From NCBI GenBank assembly GCA_950097015.1, contig CATNEN010000001.1, positions 14,508,001 through 14,572,000 of the forward strand: a stretch of 64,000 bases of DNA. Direction: 5' to 3'. Both the position numbers and the translations under genes were made by a program. Positions 22,446-35,418 of the stretch are shown piece by piece. Position 1 is the stretch's first letter, and every line of letters begins with the position of its first letter. The notes under the pieces are model-generated. The model made no database searches and had not been told where the DNA came from. It saw only the letters and a program-made list of their open reading frames with translations. The DNA comes from Macrostomum hystrix. Its lineage: Eukaryota; Animalia; Platyhelminthes.

Positions 22446-23222
22446 AGTTCTCAGTTCCTATCTCGATAGTACATATTCCGTGAAAATCAGCCTTTAATAA
22501 ATCTTCCAAGAAACTAATTGTCTCTTTCTTCCTCTTCTACTGATCTTGAAAAAACATTGATCACAAGCCTATACTCAAAGCAGTGGAACGACATGCGTGC
22601 AATATATGCGGGACTAGATCTTTGAGCTTTGAATTCGGCCAGGCATAAAGCAAATTGAACGTCGCGGAAAAAACACGAGTAACATGACATAAAGCAGAAC
22701 AAAGAGACGGGATAAGAAAAAAGGAGAGATAAATGTTGCATAACTCATGAGCCAATGAGCCATTAACCAATCGCCATGAACACGGGCTAAAATTTTCCAC
22801 TCTTTCCGATGAAACAACTTCCAGAGTCACATCAAATCGGCATCGTTGTCCCCTCATAAAATTTCATTATGCAGCCATGTCGGCTACTATTGTTGATTGT
22901 GTATTATTGTGTTGTTTATATACGTACCTTGTCTTCAAGGTCTTCGATAAGAATCGCTAACATCTCGACGATGCTGGCGTCAGACGGTTTTGAAAGCTGG
23001 TTTATCGTTAACGGCGGAAAACTTTGATACAAATCGTGGACTTTCACAAAAATTGGTCATTCGGTTTCAGAACTATTGTGAAGTAGCCAGTGGTCTTTCC
23101 CCATGGGAAAAATAGCGACCCAGTGACTCAGTGTCGAATTCTACCTCAGGTATTTTTGGTGCGACAATTTCCATGACATTGTAGTCAGATTTTAATTTTT
23201 TCATTCACTCTTCTTGTGCCAG

Positions 23223-23833
23223 GATCTCCGCCTATTTATCAACAGTGTCGCGTCACCTGTCGGATCCCGGCGAAGCGGCCACACTCAGCGCGATGACAAG
23301 CGGCTGGCGTCAGCGCCGTCCAATCTGGCTCGCCCTGAACCTGGCGTCGCTGACTCTGGACGACCTGGCAGCATTCAATACTCCGCTTATGGACGTCCGG
23401 CTCACGCAGCTTGCCGCCCGCTCCGGTCAGAGCGTTGAACCTCTGGAATCAGCTGAAGAGCAGTGCAAGCCGTTGAACGCGGTGCCACGAGCGGAGGCTG
23501 CGTTGGCGTTGCGGCTGACCCTGGATTATCTGGAAAGACAACTCGCCGACTTGGTGGAAAATCAGAGGCGCCGTCAGAGAACGACCGGGCAGAACAGCGA
23601 GTTGGTCATGGACTATCGCTGCGGTCGTCTGGGTGCGGGCCTTGTCAACGCCAGCTTCCTGCCAGACCAGGCCACAGCCCGCCTGACTGGGGACGAGCTG
23701 GTTCTGTATCAGCGACTCAGTGACCGGCTGAGGAGCTCTCTGATGCTGCTGCGAAATCGTCGGATGGCCGACAGGATCGCCCGGCGGCTAAAGCGTAGGC
23801 CAGAGCAGTCACAGCTGTTTGCTGTTGGTGTGG
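23223..23833 (+). CDS. TRABD2: TIKI exon 3
   Basis: WRQRRPIWL, LESAEEQCKPLN, YRCG, RNRRMADRI, FAVGVG are TIKI/TraB motifs; splice phases 2 and 1 are consistent. Confidence 0.92.
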
Positions 23834-24192
23834 GTGAGTTCCAGATGTGTCAAGTAGTGATAAATGACATGATCCAGATGAGTCATGTAGTGGTAAATGA
23901 CAATTTAAAGGTTTATCCTGCAATGGATGGACTTCATCAACTCAAATGAAGGGTTTGAGTTGATGAAGTCCAAGACTTCAACTCAGAGACAAGTTAAAGA
24001 TGAGAATCATAAATAAATGCTAAGTTCCAGCATAAAGACAGGAGAAAAAACTCAAAGAGTACTACTGTGAGTAGGAAAACGCAACAATGTTGACTTATCG
24101 CCTTTACTATTTTTACTTTACTCATTTGCATTATTGTTTCGTTGACAATAAGCTGCATGCCAACCAGCTGCTAAACATCTCTAAACACACAG

Positions 24193-24331
24193 GGCACCTG
24201 TTAGGCAGCACGAACAGCATCGTGACCCACCTGAGAGCGGCAAACTACACACTGAGCTTGGTGCCATGGAATGCCACCGCCAGTCGGCAACGAGCAAACG
24301 ACCTCCTGAAATATCCCAGCCCCAGCTGGAG
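24193..24331 (+). CDS. TRABD2: TIKI exon 4
   Basis: Completes G-H-LLG...IVTHLRAANYT (TraB GAGH-type metal-ligand His). Confidence 0.85.
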
Positions 24332-24648
24332 GTTAGCTTTAATTTGAATCGCGTATGTGACATTAGATGGAAACACAGAGTACAAAATAATAGGAAACTA
24401 GATTGACCTTCCCATAGAACCCAGGTGGATAATTGGATTAAAACGTGGAATTCGTGTCGACTTAAGGCTCTAGAATAATCCTCAAACAAAACCAGCAGAC
24501 TTCTGTAGCTAGTTGATCGTCTAAAAACGGCGAGACCCAGTCTTCCCCATGGTATTCGGGTTAATAAAGCTGAATTTGACAACCCAAAAGTTGATATCCC
24601 TCTAGTCAACTTATCTCTAGTTCCGTCAATAAATAAACACACGGCCAG

Positions 24649-24744
24649 GTATAAAACTGACAGCGACGCCGAGAAGCAGATCTGGGAGGAAGCCAAGAAA
24701 TTCGCTCGCCTAAAATGGGAACAAAAGCATGCTCAGCAGACCGG
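24649..24744 (+). CDS. TRABD2: TIKI exon 5 (predicted)
   Basis: Open frame YKTDSDAEKQIWEEAKKFARLKWEQKHAQQT between ccAG and GG|GTATGC; phase 2 on both sides. Confidence 0.55.
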
Positions 24745-24840
24745 GTATGCGTTTGACTTCAAAAGGCGCGCGAATGGCTACTCATAGTAGGTGTAAGTAT
24801 TCATGTTGAAGCTCAATTCCTTGACAATGCCTTGTTTCAG

Positions 24841-24997
24841 TGACAACAAGGCTAGCCAAGCTTCTGCAGCTGTTTTCGATGACGGAGAATCAGCAAACCT
24901 AATCAAGACTGGCTGCCGACTGTGCTCAGAGAGCAAACTCAACTACCTCGCTGTCATGGTCGCAACTATTTTTGTTTTGACTGTTCCCTTGGCCTAA
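24841..24997 (+). CDS. TRABD2: TIKI exon 6 (C-terminal hydrophobic TM/GPI signal)
   Basis: Acceptor tttcAG; ends YLAVMVATIFVLTVPLA*; ATTAAA near 25052. Confidence 0.65.
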
Positions 24998-25859
24998 TAG
25001 ACTCCGTTAATAATTGGTCTTTAAACACTAGAAAGACTGCGGGTTATTTCAATTAAATACTTTTTTTCTTTTTCTGTATATCACGGACTATTCGACCAAT
25101 CGCCATTTAAATCCAGAACCATCGGCATCGTCGAGATATTATCATGGGCGTGTGTGGTGGCAAAAACCACCAATATAGGCAGGCATAATATTTCTGCTCG
25201 CAAAATTTCATCGAAAGGCCTGAAATTTTGGATCGGAATGTTAGAATTTCACGAAAATCGGTTATTCGGTTTGGGGGTAAATAGCAGGTTCTTTCTACTG
25301 TAAACAATCCGTGAATCAGTGCAAATGTAAATCTCAGATAAAAGAGATTTTTATGCACAAAATCCTGAGTGAGAATTCGCATAAAAAGGATGGTGGAAAT
25401 GTCAGTGTGACTTTTTGATCGGCTCAAATCACAAGCCTACCTCATTGTTTTACATGCACCCTTTATTAAGTTTATTATGTTAGTTTGATATTATTTTATT
25501 TGATAAAACAACGCCCTGATACCAACTGCTTGACTGTAACTGTTTCTACATTCGAAAACAATTGCTGCAACTGTACATATTATGCATCGCAAGAAATGTG
25601 CTCTTGATGAAATTGAAATTGAGAAGCTAGAAGGCTCTTTAAAGAACTAGCCATTAAGTTGGAGCTAGTGAAAAATAAAATAATGAAAATTTCTCTTCTT
25701 TCTGAGCTCCGCTTTAAAGTTGAGCTCAGCGCACTGTTGATGAAAATTCAAATGTGCACCAAGTCAATGACCGCGTCGCGTACGGGACAGAAAAATACTG
25801 CGACCGCATTTGTCTTTTTTGGAAAATTTTCTGAGCACGTCAGATACCTGGAAATACCC

Positions 25860-26570
25860 AGGAAGCAGCTGGGGAGTGGCGACAAGATAAAGTGACATTG
25901 CTTGTCACCTACAAAGCTATCTCCAGGGCCCACATCAACTACTGCACCCTGTCTGGGCGCCTTGCCTCAGCCCCACTAGCTGGGCGCTGGTCCAGACCGC
26001 GCAGAACGCAGCGCTCCGTATCATTCCCGGATGCCACCACTGCTCGGGCATCGATCATCTCCATGACGAGTGTAACATCCTGCCGGTGTCCCTTCATTCC
26101 GAACTCCTGTCAGCGCAGTTCTGGATGCAAGCGCTTCACCCGTGCCATCCCTGTCATCACATCTCGCTCGATCCGACACTGCGGCGGCAGCTTCGCTTCG
26201 CGCTCGCCACTAACTTCCTCAATGTGCACCAGCCGCTCTCTACCTGCCAGCTCTCCACAGCCTTCCACACTGCGTGCGTGCAGAAACGCCTTCTGGATCG
26301 ATAACCAAACCGTATCCTCGGCACGCCTCAGAGTGATTGAGTGATTGACGCGTCAGAGACTCAACTGCCGCGCTTTGCCCGTGTGACGCTAGCTCAACTC
26401 CGGTCGGGCTTCTGCTCTCACCATGCCAGTTACAAACACCGCCTCGACCAGGAGTCGCCTGCCGCCTGCCCGTGGTGCCATGACGAGATGGAGTCGGTCG
26501 CGCATATTTTTGCTCTACCTCGCACACCCCGCTGGATCTCTGTTCCCAGTTCAAGACCGCCTGGGCTCTT
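25860..26570 (+). mobile_element. 5'-truncated, frameshifted non-LTR retrotransposon (LINE, probably I-group) ORF2 3' end
   Basis: Across frames: GSSWG..TLLVTYKAISRAHINY..VWAP..VQTAQNAALRIIPGCHHCSGIDHLHDECNILPV (post-RT region), then RVTLAQLRSG and CPWCHDEMESVAHIF (C-terminal Zn-knuckle). Confidence 0.85.
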
Positions 26571-27065
26571 TTCGCCGAGTTTTTCCCCGGAGAAGGTACT
26601 GGCCCTGGCCCGCCGAGTTAAGGTTAACACAAACACACGGCGTGAAATCGTCATACAATTTACAAATCGGACTCTAGGAAATGCTTCGCTTCAGCGAAAG
26701 CTTGCGGGATGTAATTGGAGGAGGCGAAAGGCCCCATAAATTGTGAGGTTTTAACTCTCAATTTACTTGATTAGATTGCGAGACTCAGAGGCAAGGGAGT
26801 CTGTGAGAGATTGGGACCAGATCCACATAACTCTGGGATTGAGAACCACGGGACAGAAGTCGCTCGTTGAAGTCGCCCATGGTTACCAACTGCCATGTGC
26901 TACTACCTGAGTGCACTTTTTCTTGAATATGTTGAGACAATCGATAAAGACTGAAGCAATGTCTTTAAACTCGTATTTTATACTTTTGGCTCTTCCATAC
27001 TCTATTAATTGGGCTATTTATTTCTCAGCAGTTAACAATCCGTATTTGCCTGCTACGAGTCCCGA

Positions 27066-27336
27066 TCAGCTGCTCTCAGCGCACAAGTCTGCTTTGGTTA
27101 CTGTCGACCGAGCTGGCACGCCGTCTCCAGCTCGCTGCTGCGTCGTGCTAGCAACGCCATGACAACGCGGTTGGAGCATTGCTCTGACCCATCTCCTGAG
27201 TCTTCCAGACATTGCCAAGCATATGTAGAAGTTGATGCTGTGATTGGTGTAGGCGAGAAGCTGGAGAACGCTGTAGGTCCACTGCAGCCTCTGGGACCAG
27301 CGGATAGCATTAGCTGCTCGCAGAACCATGATCAGC
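27066..27336 (-). CDS. Rhodopsin-class peptide-type GPCR, exon 2 (TM7, C-tail)
   Basis: Acceptor tcAG at 27337; LLAYTNHSINFYICLAMSGRLRR (NxxxY-type TM7, helix 8). Confidence 0.85.
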
Positions 27337-27442
27337 CTGATTGCGATCGAAGAGATTAGATTAATTGTATTGTACATGATTAAATGTACAAGATTAGATA
27401 GTACATGATCACTATTCTTGCCCACGATCACTCCTACCGTTG

Positions 27443-28440
27443 TCATCTCATCGCAATCTCATCTTACACACACACAACCCACTCTCATCTCACCCAACTC
27501 ACAACTCACCCCACTCTCATCTACCCCACACTCAACTCACCCCACTCTCATCTCACCCTACTCTCATCTCACCCCACTCTCATCTACCCCACACTCAACT
27601 CACCCCACTCTCATCTCACCCCACTCTCATCTACCCCACACTCAACTCACCCCACTCTCATCTCACCCAACTCACAACTCACCCCACTCTCATCTACCCC
27701 ACACTCAACTCACCCCACTCTCATCTCACCCCACTCTCATCTCACCCCACTCTCATCTCACCCCACTCTCATCTCACCCCACTCTCATCTCACCCCGTTC
27801 TCATCTCAGCCTACACTCAACTCACCCCACTCTCATCTACCCCACACTCAACTCACCCCACTCTCATCTCACCCTACTCTCATCTCACCCCACTCTCATC
27901 TCACCCCATTCTCATCTCAGCCTACACTCAACTGACCCCACTCTCATCTCACCCCACTCTCATCTCACCCCACTCTCATCTCACCCCATTCTCATCTCAG
28001 CCTACACTCAACTGACCCCACTCTCATCTCACCCCACTCTCATCTCACCCCACTCTCATCTCACCCCACTCTCATCTCACCCCACTCTCATCTCACCCCA
28101 CTCTCATCTCACCCCATTCTCATCTCAGCCCACAGTCAACTGACCCCACTCTCATCTCAGCCCACACTCAACTGACCCCACTCTCATCTCACCCCACTCT
28201 CATCTCACCCCACTCTCATCTCACCCCACTCTCATCTCACCCCATTCTCATCTCAGCCCACACTCAACTGACCCCACTCTCATCTCACCCCACTCTCATC
28301 TCACCCCACTCTCATCTCACCCCATTCTCATCTCAGCCCACTCTCATCTTACCACATTCTCATCTCACCCCACTCTCATCTCACCCCACTCTCATCTCAC
28401 CTCACACTCATCTCACCCACTCTCACTTCATTCTCATCTC
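27443..28440. repeat. 16-bp-based minisatellite (CACCCCACTCTCATCT)n filling the GPCR intron
   Basis: Direct inspection. Confidence 0.95.
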
Positions 28441-28461
28441 GATATCGACTATTGCCCTTAC

Positions 28462-29414
28462 CTGGCCGGCAGCATGGACACCAAGAAGTAAGCTGACACT
28501 GCCAGTAGCATTCGGAAAGTGCGAATCTCTGACCTGGCTGAAGTTGTCCCTGATGCCAACTGATTTCTAGCAGCAGCAAGGCTTGCTAAAGCGATGCAGT
28601 TGCTGAGCAACAGGAGCAGAGCCGGCAGAAGTGCTCGCAGCAGCAGGTCTGCAATGGCAAACCCGGCCAGAAGTTCAGGTGTTGCCACGCAGCACTGGTT
28701 GCTAGGCAAATCTAGTCGCATAGCAACCAAGACCAAGACATTCTTTGCCACTGAAGAGGCCAGAATGGTTGCAGCGGCAACCAGGCAGGCTCGCCGAGTA
28801 AATAAACGCCTGGAAGTCAGCGGAGCCAGGATGCAGGCCAGCCTCTCAAAGCTGATGACGCAGAGAAGCCACACGGCCACCTCCGTTGCCAGGTGAGCTA
28901 CGAATGCTTGGCCGGGACAGACCAGCCGGCCCAGCTGGGAGGGCAGCGCCTCCCGGATGTCCCAGCCGGCCAACACCAGACCGGCATGACGACCGGCAGC
29001 TGCTAGGAGGCTGGCGAGATCCGCGAAGGCCAGGCAGCGAAGCAGTAGGCGAGTCGTTTCGGCTACAACGGCCCGCACGACCAGAGCGACGCCGTCGCTT
29101 CTTCGACGACGCTGTCGCGGAGCGGCAAAAGCGAATGCGGCGACGCAGTTTCCGACAACTCCGATGGACAAAATGGCGACGGCGACGCAGCCGATGGCGA
29201 CGCTGCCGTCGTTGAAGCTGCCATAGTCCAGCTCTGTCGACGACGTGAAATTGTCGCCGCTCTTGTTGGCTCGCAGGCTGTTGTTACTGAATGAGTCGGA
29301 AGTCATTGATGAGCCGTCGGTTGCGGACGGACAGGTGAGGCGAGGCGAAACGTCAAACGTTAGAACGCCAAGACTGGCGTCTCCGTGCTCGTCGTCATGG
29401 TTGAGCAGATCCAT
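28462..29414 (-). CDS. Rhodopsin-class peptide-type GPCR, exon 1 (TM1-TM6); gene ~407 aa
   Basis: GVVGN (TM1), LAFAD (TM2), Cys, ERL in place of DRY, LLP (TM5), FLVSMLP (TM6); N-terminal glycosylation sequons; donor AG|GTAAGG at 28461. Confidence 0.88.
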
Positions 29415-30781
29415 CGGTCTTTGTTGATGCTATATTATGCGCCGGGAAACCATTACAAGCGCTGCAGATTTCAGTGTGAACAAAAAACTAAGCGGCATAA
29501 CGAACCAAGTCTGCTTTTTATCTACTGACCGTTTTATCTACAAGTACCGAATGTCTAATCTGAACTGGACGAAAATCTAATGATTTACAATGAACCGTCT
29601 GGTACGTGTCTCAACTGCATCAACTGCAATGTTTAATTAACTTCACGTCCTTCACTACCTAGCTAGCCTAGCTACCTAGGATTTGATAATCAATACCTTT
29701 AATGACAACTGGTAAACTGAGACTGCAGTCATGTTTCTGTGTGTACTTTTCACTTGACTTATCATCATATTTTGTATTTAAAGAAAGAATTTTATTGCCT
29801 TTTTAGTGTTTTAAGAGTAAACGAGGACGTGACACATCGGCACTTGTACGTACAAAGCATGTTTTAAGGTATGCTACTAAAATTTTCAGTCACGTTAATT
29901 GTTACATTTCATTCGTTAAAACGGCCCTTTTTGGGTCCACAACATTTTTGTCGATAACTCGTCAATTGAAGCCAGTGAAAACGCTGTCATTCTCAGAGAA
30001 ATTTGCTTCCTTTTTAAGCAATCGTAAGTTCTTTTAAATATAAACAAATTAATTTATAACTTTGTAAATTTTTTTTCACATTGTTATTTTCTGTTAAAAC
30101 GGCCCTTTTTAAACCACCACTATACTAGCGATGACTTTTATCTAAAATTAACCCTTTTTGAAATAAAAGGAAAAGACCCGGTAGAGAAATTTTATGAAAC
30201 TAATGAAATTATTGATAAAAGCAATAAAGTCAATCAAAGATTTAGCATCCAGATTTCACAATGCTTTTTACTGAAAGAAATTTCCTTTCTTGGTAAGAAA
30301 TGGAAAATGCCTGCCACTATAAGTTAATTTATGCTCTGTGATTTTTGAACAAAATAATCGTGCAGAGATGAGATCAATTAAATTAACGGAAAAATTGGTC
30401 GTGTTTATAGTGTCATTAACACTATAAACACCATTTTTAAATAACAATTTGAGAGTCTTAAAAACTGCGAAAGCAAGTATTGCTGCTACAGAATTAAACT
30501 ATATGTTAATGATATAACTGTGTCTGTTATCTATAAGAATAATTATAACTAAAACTCCTGCCGAAAAGGCCAAAGATAGTGCTACATACGAGTAAAGTGC
30601 AAGTATTGTTATAACAAAAAATATAAGCATTGCGCATTAAGCGCTACTTAACAAGCAATAAAAAGTAGGCAGGTGTGGTGAGTCTTGACTGACTATGGAA
30701 AAAACACCAGCATCACAAATTTGTGCACAAAAAGAAACATTTATTTGATCACTTTTGCTCATTAAAACTCCTTTGAAAGAT

Positions 30782-31307
30782 TTAAACTACTCCGTTGCTA
30801 ACAACGGTAGAATGTTGCCTAGCAACCAGAATAGCGTCCCTAGCAACGGCACTTTTGCTATCTTCCACGTTGCCGCTGTCCCTATCAGCTTCGTCAGCGT
30901 GCTTGGCTGCGGCCGCTGCTTCAGTCGCTTCAGCGTCGATGGCTGCCTGATCGTGCAGCCGCTTCCTCCGTGGCAATCCGCTGCTAACAACGTTGTCATC
31001 GTTCTCGTCGCCGTCTGACACAATTTCGACAATGTCAGCGCCAACAGAATTAGCCGAATCTGCAATTATGTTGGCGCCATGACTTCGCCGGTCGTCACCG
31101 TTAGTTTTAGCCGCGTCAGAGTCAGGCTGGAATGCGGCGATAGCGGCCTCTTCCGCCGCGACCGCAGCCGCGTTTAGAGTGGCCGCAGCGAGCGCAGCGC
31201 CCAGCACTCCGCCGGCCAGCACGTCGCTCCAGTGGTGCTTGTAGTCCGAGACGCGGCTGTAGCCGACGCAGAGACCGGCCAAGAGTAGGCACAGCTGCAG
31301 GCAGAAT
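30782..31307 (-). CDS. PLPP: Phospholipid phosphatase (PAP2/LPP, wunen-like), exon 2
   Basis: C3 motif SRVSDYKHHWSDV; acceptor tgcAG at 31308; AATAAA on the minus strand at 30740-30745. Confidence 0.88.
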
Positions 31308-31414
31308 CTGCAGATCGGGCAAGTCAACGGAAGGATTTAAGTTCTGACCTAATTTAAACTCGTGGAAATGAAATGGAATTGGGTCAGATTTGGATTTAGA
31401 GGAACTGAGGGGTG

Positions 31415-32390
31415 GATCTGAGGGATTTAGAGGATCTGTTGGAATTTTGACGATCTTAGGGGATTTCGAGGATTTCAGGGATTTTAAGGATCTGAGGAGA
31501 ATCTTAGGATCTGAGGGATTTCGAGGATCTGAGGGATTTCGGGGATCTGAGGGATTTCGAGGATCTGATGGGATTTCGAGGATCTGAGGGATTTCGAGGA
31601 TTTGAGGGATTTTAAGGATCTGAGGGATTTCGAGGATCTGAGGGATTTCGAGGATCTGATGGGATTTCGAGGATCTGAGGGATTTTGAGGATTTGAGGGA
31701 TTTTAAGGATCTGAGGGATTTCGAGGATCTGATGGGATGGGATTTTAGGATCTTAGGATCTGAGGGATTTCGAGGATCTGATGGGATTTCGAGGATCTGA
31801 GGGATTTCGAGGATTTGAGGGATTTCGAGGATCTGATGGGATTTCGAGGATCTGAGGGATTTCGAGGATCTGATGGGATGGGATTTTGAGGATCTGATGG
31901 ATTTTGAGGATCTGATGGGATTTCGAGGATCTGAGGGATTTCGAGGATCTGATGGGATGGGATTTCGAGGATCTGAGGGATTTTGAGGATCTGAGGGATT
32001 TCGAGGATCTGATGGGATTTAGAGGATCTGAGGGGATATGAGGATCTGATGGGATGGGATTTTGAGGATCTGATGGGATTTCAAGGATCTGATGGGATTT
32101 CAAGGATCTGATGGGATTTCAAGGATCTGATGGGATTTAGAGGATCTGAGGGGATTTAGAGGATCAGAGGGGATTTAGAGGATCTGAGGGGATTTAGAGG
32201 ATTTGAGGGGATATGAGGATCTGATGGGATGGGATTTTGAGGATCTAAGAGAATTTTGGAGGGCTTAAGAGGATTTGGAAGATGTGAGGTTTTTTAGAGG
32301 ATCTAAGGGGATTTTGAATTTAAGATAAAATGATGAGGATATTAGGGAATTTCAAGAATGTTAGGTGATTTTGAGGATCTGAGGGGATTT
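31415..32390. repeat. ~18-19-bp minisatellite (GAGGATCTGAGGGATTTC)n in the PLPP intron
   Basis: Direct inspection. Confidence 0.92.
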
Positions 32391-32954
32391 AAAGCCCCTG
32401 AGAGGATTTGGAGGACACCAAATCTCATTATCTCCTAAAAAACCTAGCAAAAACGACTGTTGCATAGAAGCCAGGTAGATTGAATCAGATAATTAAAGAC
32501 TGTGGGTTCGTGAGCAAACGTCATTATCGAGTCAGTGATTAGCAAAAGCGAAGCACTTTTCAGGAACAAAAAAATAATGCTTAGGCGGGCCTTTATTTGA
32601 ATAATATTTTCAAAGGCAAAGCAGGCTAAAAGGCACCTTGGTAAGCCGATAATCGATCGTCTCCATCGTCTGTTTCCTTAAATAACATAAAATTTCTTTC
32701 TCTTTCGACATCAATAGTTTTAGTTTGATGGAGACGGAGATGCCAAAATGGGAATAGGGAAGAGGTGGACGAGAAAATATGGGAGAGGGGATTAGAGGGG
32801 CTGACGGGAGAGCAGAGGGGGAGAGCAGAGGGGGAGAGCAAATGGGGGAGAGCATAGGGGGAGAGCCGTGGGTAGAGAGAAGTGCACAGAGCAGACTCAG
32901 CAGAGAGAAGGGAGTGACAGCAGTTTCATGCGGTGCTGAGCAGAGCAGTCTCAC

Positions 32955-33622
32955 CTGACGGCATGGCAGGCAGTGAGTCGGAGCTGAAGGTAGCCAGTGA
33001 GGAAGGCTGCAACGAATAAGCTGTAGGAGGTATGTCCGCTAGGAAAAGACATCTGGGCGTCCTTGAACTCATAGCTGCTCAGAGTGGGCCTGCAGACAGT
33101 CACCGGGTACGCGGAGCTGGAGTTGCACATCTGACTGTCGGCGATGCTGCGGCCGGGTCGACAGGCCTCAATAAAGTAAGGCCGGTGCCTGCCCAGCGCC
33201 AGTTTGGCTGTGACAGTTAGCAGCTCAGTGGCAGCACAGCCGAGACAGAAATAGTACAGCCACCGGGCCATAGCAACCCATCTCTGCCGTCGCCAATGAC
33301 GCCTGATGCGTTGGAATGCCGAGGCCGGCGGACGCAGCACCTCTAGCCAGAGGATGACAACGGTTGCTATGACAACGCCGACGGGAGCGCAGATGGCGTA
33401 GGGCACAGTGCTGCTAGCCGGCATGGGGTACATCAGACTCTGGTCTGTGCAGAAGAATCGCCTAGGAAACGGTGTGGCAAACAGGTGCAACGCGCCGAAG
33501 ATCAGGCAGATTGAAAGCAGAAGACCGATTCGACCTACAACTGGCAGCATTTGGCGTCTCTGTCGACCGTTCGATTTGACACAGCAGCAGCAGCAGCAGC
33601 AGTCGTCCTCATCTAGGGACAT
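32955..33622 (-). CDS. PLPP: Phospholipid phosphatase (PAP2/LPP), exon 1; gene ~397 aa
   Basis: PFPRRFFCTDQSLMYP, C1 motif KLALGRHRP, C2 motif SFPSGH; donor AG|GTGAGA at 32954. Confidence 0.9.
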
Positions 33623-34264
33623 TCTACTCGTACGAGCTATGTTATTCTTTGGCTAAGTTAATTTTCTTTCTGAACCAGACACCAGTTTTATCTTCTGCTT
33701 GCCAAAGACGCTTCATATAACTTTCGAATGTTATGCGTATATAGCTGCGTTCTGAGTGGACAGGGAGGCATTAGCGCTGACTCATTCATGGCTGGCTCTG
33801 ACGGGCTGCCAACCCAGGACTCTCTACCCCCTCATTCCCTTCCCTTGGCTCACGCCATTTGCCGCCCCCCCCATTCAGTGCCCATTCAGCGGGCGGGTCA
33901 AGCCCTGCCTGAGTGTGCCCGAACCGAACTCTCTTCTGTCCTTCTCTTAAAAGTCTAGTCAGTGAGAAGAAAATGTGAGTACATCTATCTTGGCTTAGAT
34001 TTTGTTGGGGGGGGTGTGTTCTCATTCTCATCTTGTCAACAATTTTGGTTAATTTGGAAGAAGGACATGATCTGAGCGATGTTGATTGCTTATGCTTAGA
34101 TCCTTAGTGTCGAGATGCTGCTTGTTTGCGGTATTAGCAATTTTATGACCTGTCTGTCTTGTCCTGGGTGTCTGGCTGTCTGTCCTTGAGTCTGTCCATC
34201 TGTCCTTGTTGCCTGTGTAATGGCTCCTGGGTGTCTGTCCTAACTCCCGGGTGCTTGTCTGACC

Positions 34265-34460
34265 TGAGTGTCTGTCTGTCTGTCCTTAGTGTCTGTCCTT
34301 AGTGTCTGTCCGTCTGTCCTTAGTGTCTGTCCGTCTGTCCTTAGTGTCTGTCCGTCTGTCCTTTGTGTCTGTCCGTCTGTCCTTTGTGTCTGTCTGTCCT
34401 TAGTGCCTGTCCTTAGTGTCTGTCCTTAGTGTCTGTCCTTAGTGCCTGTCTGTCTGACTG
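34265..34460. repeat. Short (GTGTCTGTCCTTA / CTGTCCGT) minisatellite
   Basis: Direct inspection. Confidence 0.8.
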
Positions 34461-34895
34461 TCTCGTAGTCTGTCTTTCTACACGCTCCCAGTAGAATATT
34501 ATTCGCAGTAGCAATGCAGCACTTTTATTGGGTTTGAAAAATTTCCATCTAGTTTAGCAAAGCTCTGTGTAGCGTTATTGTAGCGTTCGTATTATTTATA
34601 TTGCTTGGCCTTCCTTCATTCGGCGCTTGACAAGATACGGTGTTAATCAGACCTTGAAGTATCCAGTTGCATTCATTATTTATTTGCTAATCCGGGATGA
34701 CCAACGCAGATTTAAGCTCATCCCAGTTCATATGATTGTAGTGGGATAGCAGCGATCGCTTATTGTTAACTACAATGTACATCTTTCGCACACAACCTGT
34801 ATTGTTAATTCAAAAAAGTACTTCTTAAGCCGCCAATATTGAAATAACAAAAATTTGACGCATGAATACGCTTACCTTACTTATCTGTCGTTAGC

Positions 34896-35418
34896 TGGAC
34901 AGGTTGGAGTGGACAGATTAAGGTGGACAGGTTGGAGTGGACAGATTGAGGTGGACAGGTTGGAGTGGACAGATTGAGGTGGACAGGTTGGAGTGGACAG
35001 ATTGGAGTGGACAGATTGAGGTGGACAAGTTGGAGTGGACAGATTAAGGTGGACAGGTTGGAGTGGACAGATTAAGGTGGACAGGTTGGAGTGGACAGAT
35101 TAAGGTGGACAGGTTGGAGTGGACAGATTAAGGTGGACAAGTTGGAGTGGACAGATTAAGGTGGACAGGTTGGAGTGGACAGATTGAGGTGGACAGGTTG
35201 GAGTGGACAGATTGGAGTAGACAGATTGGAGTGGACAGATTGGAGTGGACAGATTGAGGTGGACAGATTGAGGTGGAAAAATTGAGGTGAACAGGTTGGA
35301 GTGGACAGATTAAGGTGGACAGATTGGAGTGGACAGATTAAGGTGGACAGACTGAGGTGAACAGATAGAGGTGGACAGATTGGAGAGTGGACAGGCTAGA
35401 GTGGACAGGCTGGAGTGG
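34896..35418. repeat. 14/15-bp dimeric minisatellite (GTGGACAGATTAAG GTGGACAGGTTGGA)n
   Basis: Direct inspection. Confidence 0.92.

Noticed and set aside
29914-30110. 17-bp direct repeat GTTAAAACGGCCCTTTT occurring twice ~180 bp apart
   Set aside because: Too little support for an element; probably a local duplication.
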